Below are positions 56,087-56,666 of a stretch of DNA of 56,666 nt, piece by piece. The notes beneath the pieces were generated by a model. The model was not told where the DNA came from and made no database searches. It saw nothing but the letters and a program-made list of their open reading frames with translations. A program made the translations under genes and the position numbers. The DNA lies in the sequence record SRR20825019_320. One strand, 5' to 3'. Position 1 is the first letter of the stretch. Each line of letters begins with the position of its first letter.

Positions 56087-56645
56087 CTAAAATTTGATAA
56101 ATCAAGATTTGAAAATACAATAGACCAAATATCAAGAAACTTAGGAGATGGGGAGGTCGCTAGTTATGAACAGAGGGACCTAGCCCCAATAAAAATTAAT
56201 AAGGAAGAATTAGAAAAACAGAATACCGTTTTTAATAAATTATGTAACTTTAGTTATGATTTTTATCAAAATTCTAATCAAGTGCTTTACTTTAAATACA
56301 CTTATAAGAATCAAGGACATAGTACAGTTCTTAGATTTGGTGCTTTATCTCAATATTTAAAGAATAGCTTTGAAGCTTTCAACAATCAAATAATATCTTG
56401 CTTAGCTAAAAATTCGTCTGAACCAAGTGGCAGTAAAAGAAGTAATAATAGTAACAAGAAAGATCAAGATACTAACAAAATTCTTCATCCTGTTGAAATA
56501 TTTTTAATTAAAACGGCATTATCAGAATTACAAAAAAAGCATGACGTAGTTACAGTAGATATATTTGCATGAGGAGACAACGGAAAGATCATTGTGGGAG
56601 TGTTGCAAGAATGAGAAAATGAAAATATTGATGGTGTAATAAAAT
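56087..56645 (+). pseudogene. Probable decayed gene fragment of unknown function
   Basis: Frame open from 56087 to 56572 with no ATG (only an internal GTG at 56282); protein-like reading continues past two TGA codons. Confidence 0.4.
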
Positions 56646-56666
56646 AAAGAGAAATCCCTATGAGCA

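Overview
A 56.7-kb, very AT-rich chromosomal segment of a Rickettsiales (alphaproteobacterial, probably intracellular) bacterium, inferred from the rvh-type virB3-virB4-virB6-virB6 locus, ntrY/ntrX, carD, two Rickettsiales-style porins and a TatB/DUF2672-like gene. Most of it is housekeeping: bolA, HU/IHF-like, tRNA-Arg(ACG), carD, sua5, aspS, pepP, ligA, dusB, tsf, rpsB, lepB, rnc, ettA, bcp, dnaE, nuoA-F, sucAB, tsaD and a MidA/NDUFAF7 methyltransferase. The most notable items are three. (1) A 1923-aa protein between dnaE and nuoF with a RelE-like N-terminus, a complete SF1 (UvrD-like) helicase motif set and about 900 aa of TPRs. (2) An Rpn/PD-(D/E)XK-family protein that has lost a catalytic Glu and gained a mitochondrial-presequence-like N-terminus; it shares a C-terminal N-[VI]-E-x-[TA]-G motif with protein (1). 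(3) A stand-alone 88-aa Fis-like protein sitting where ntrB-ntrC normally lie (dusB-fis-like-ntrY-ntrX). No CRISPR array, rRNA, prophage or intact IS was seen. All assignments come from motif recognition by eye; no database searches were run.
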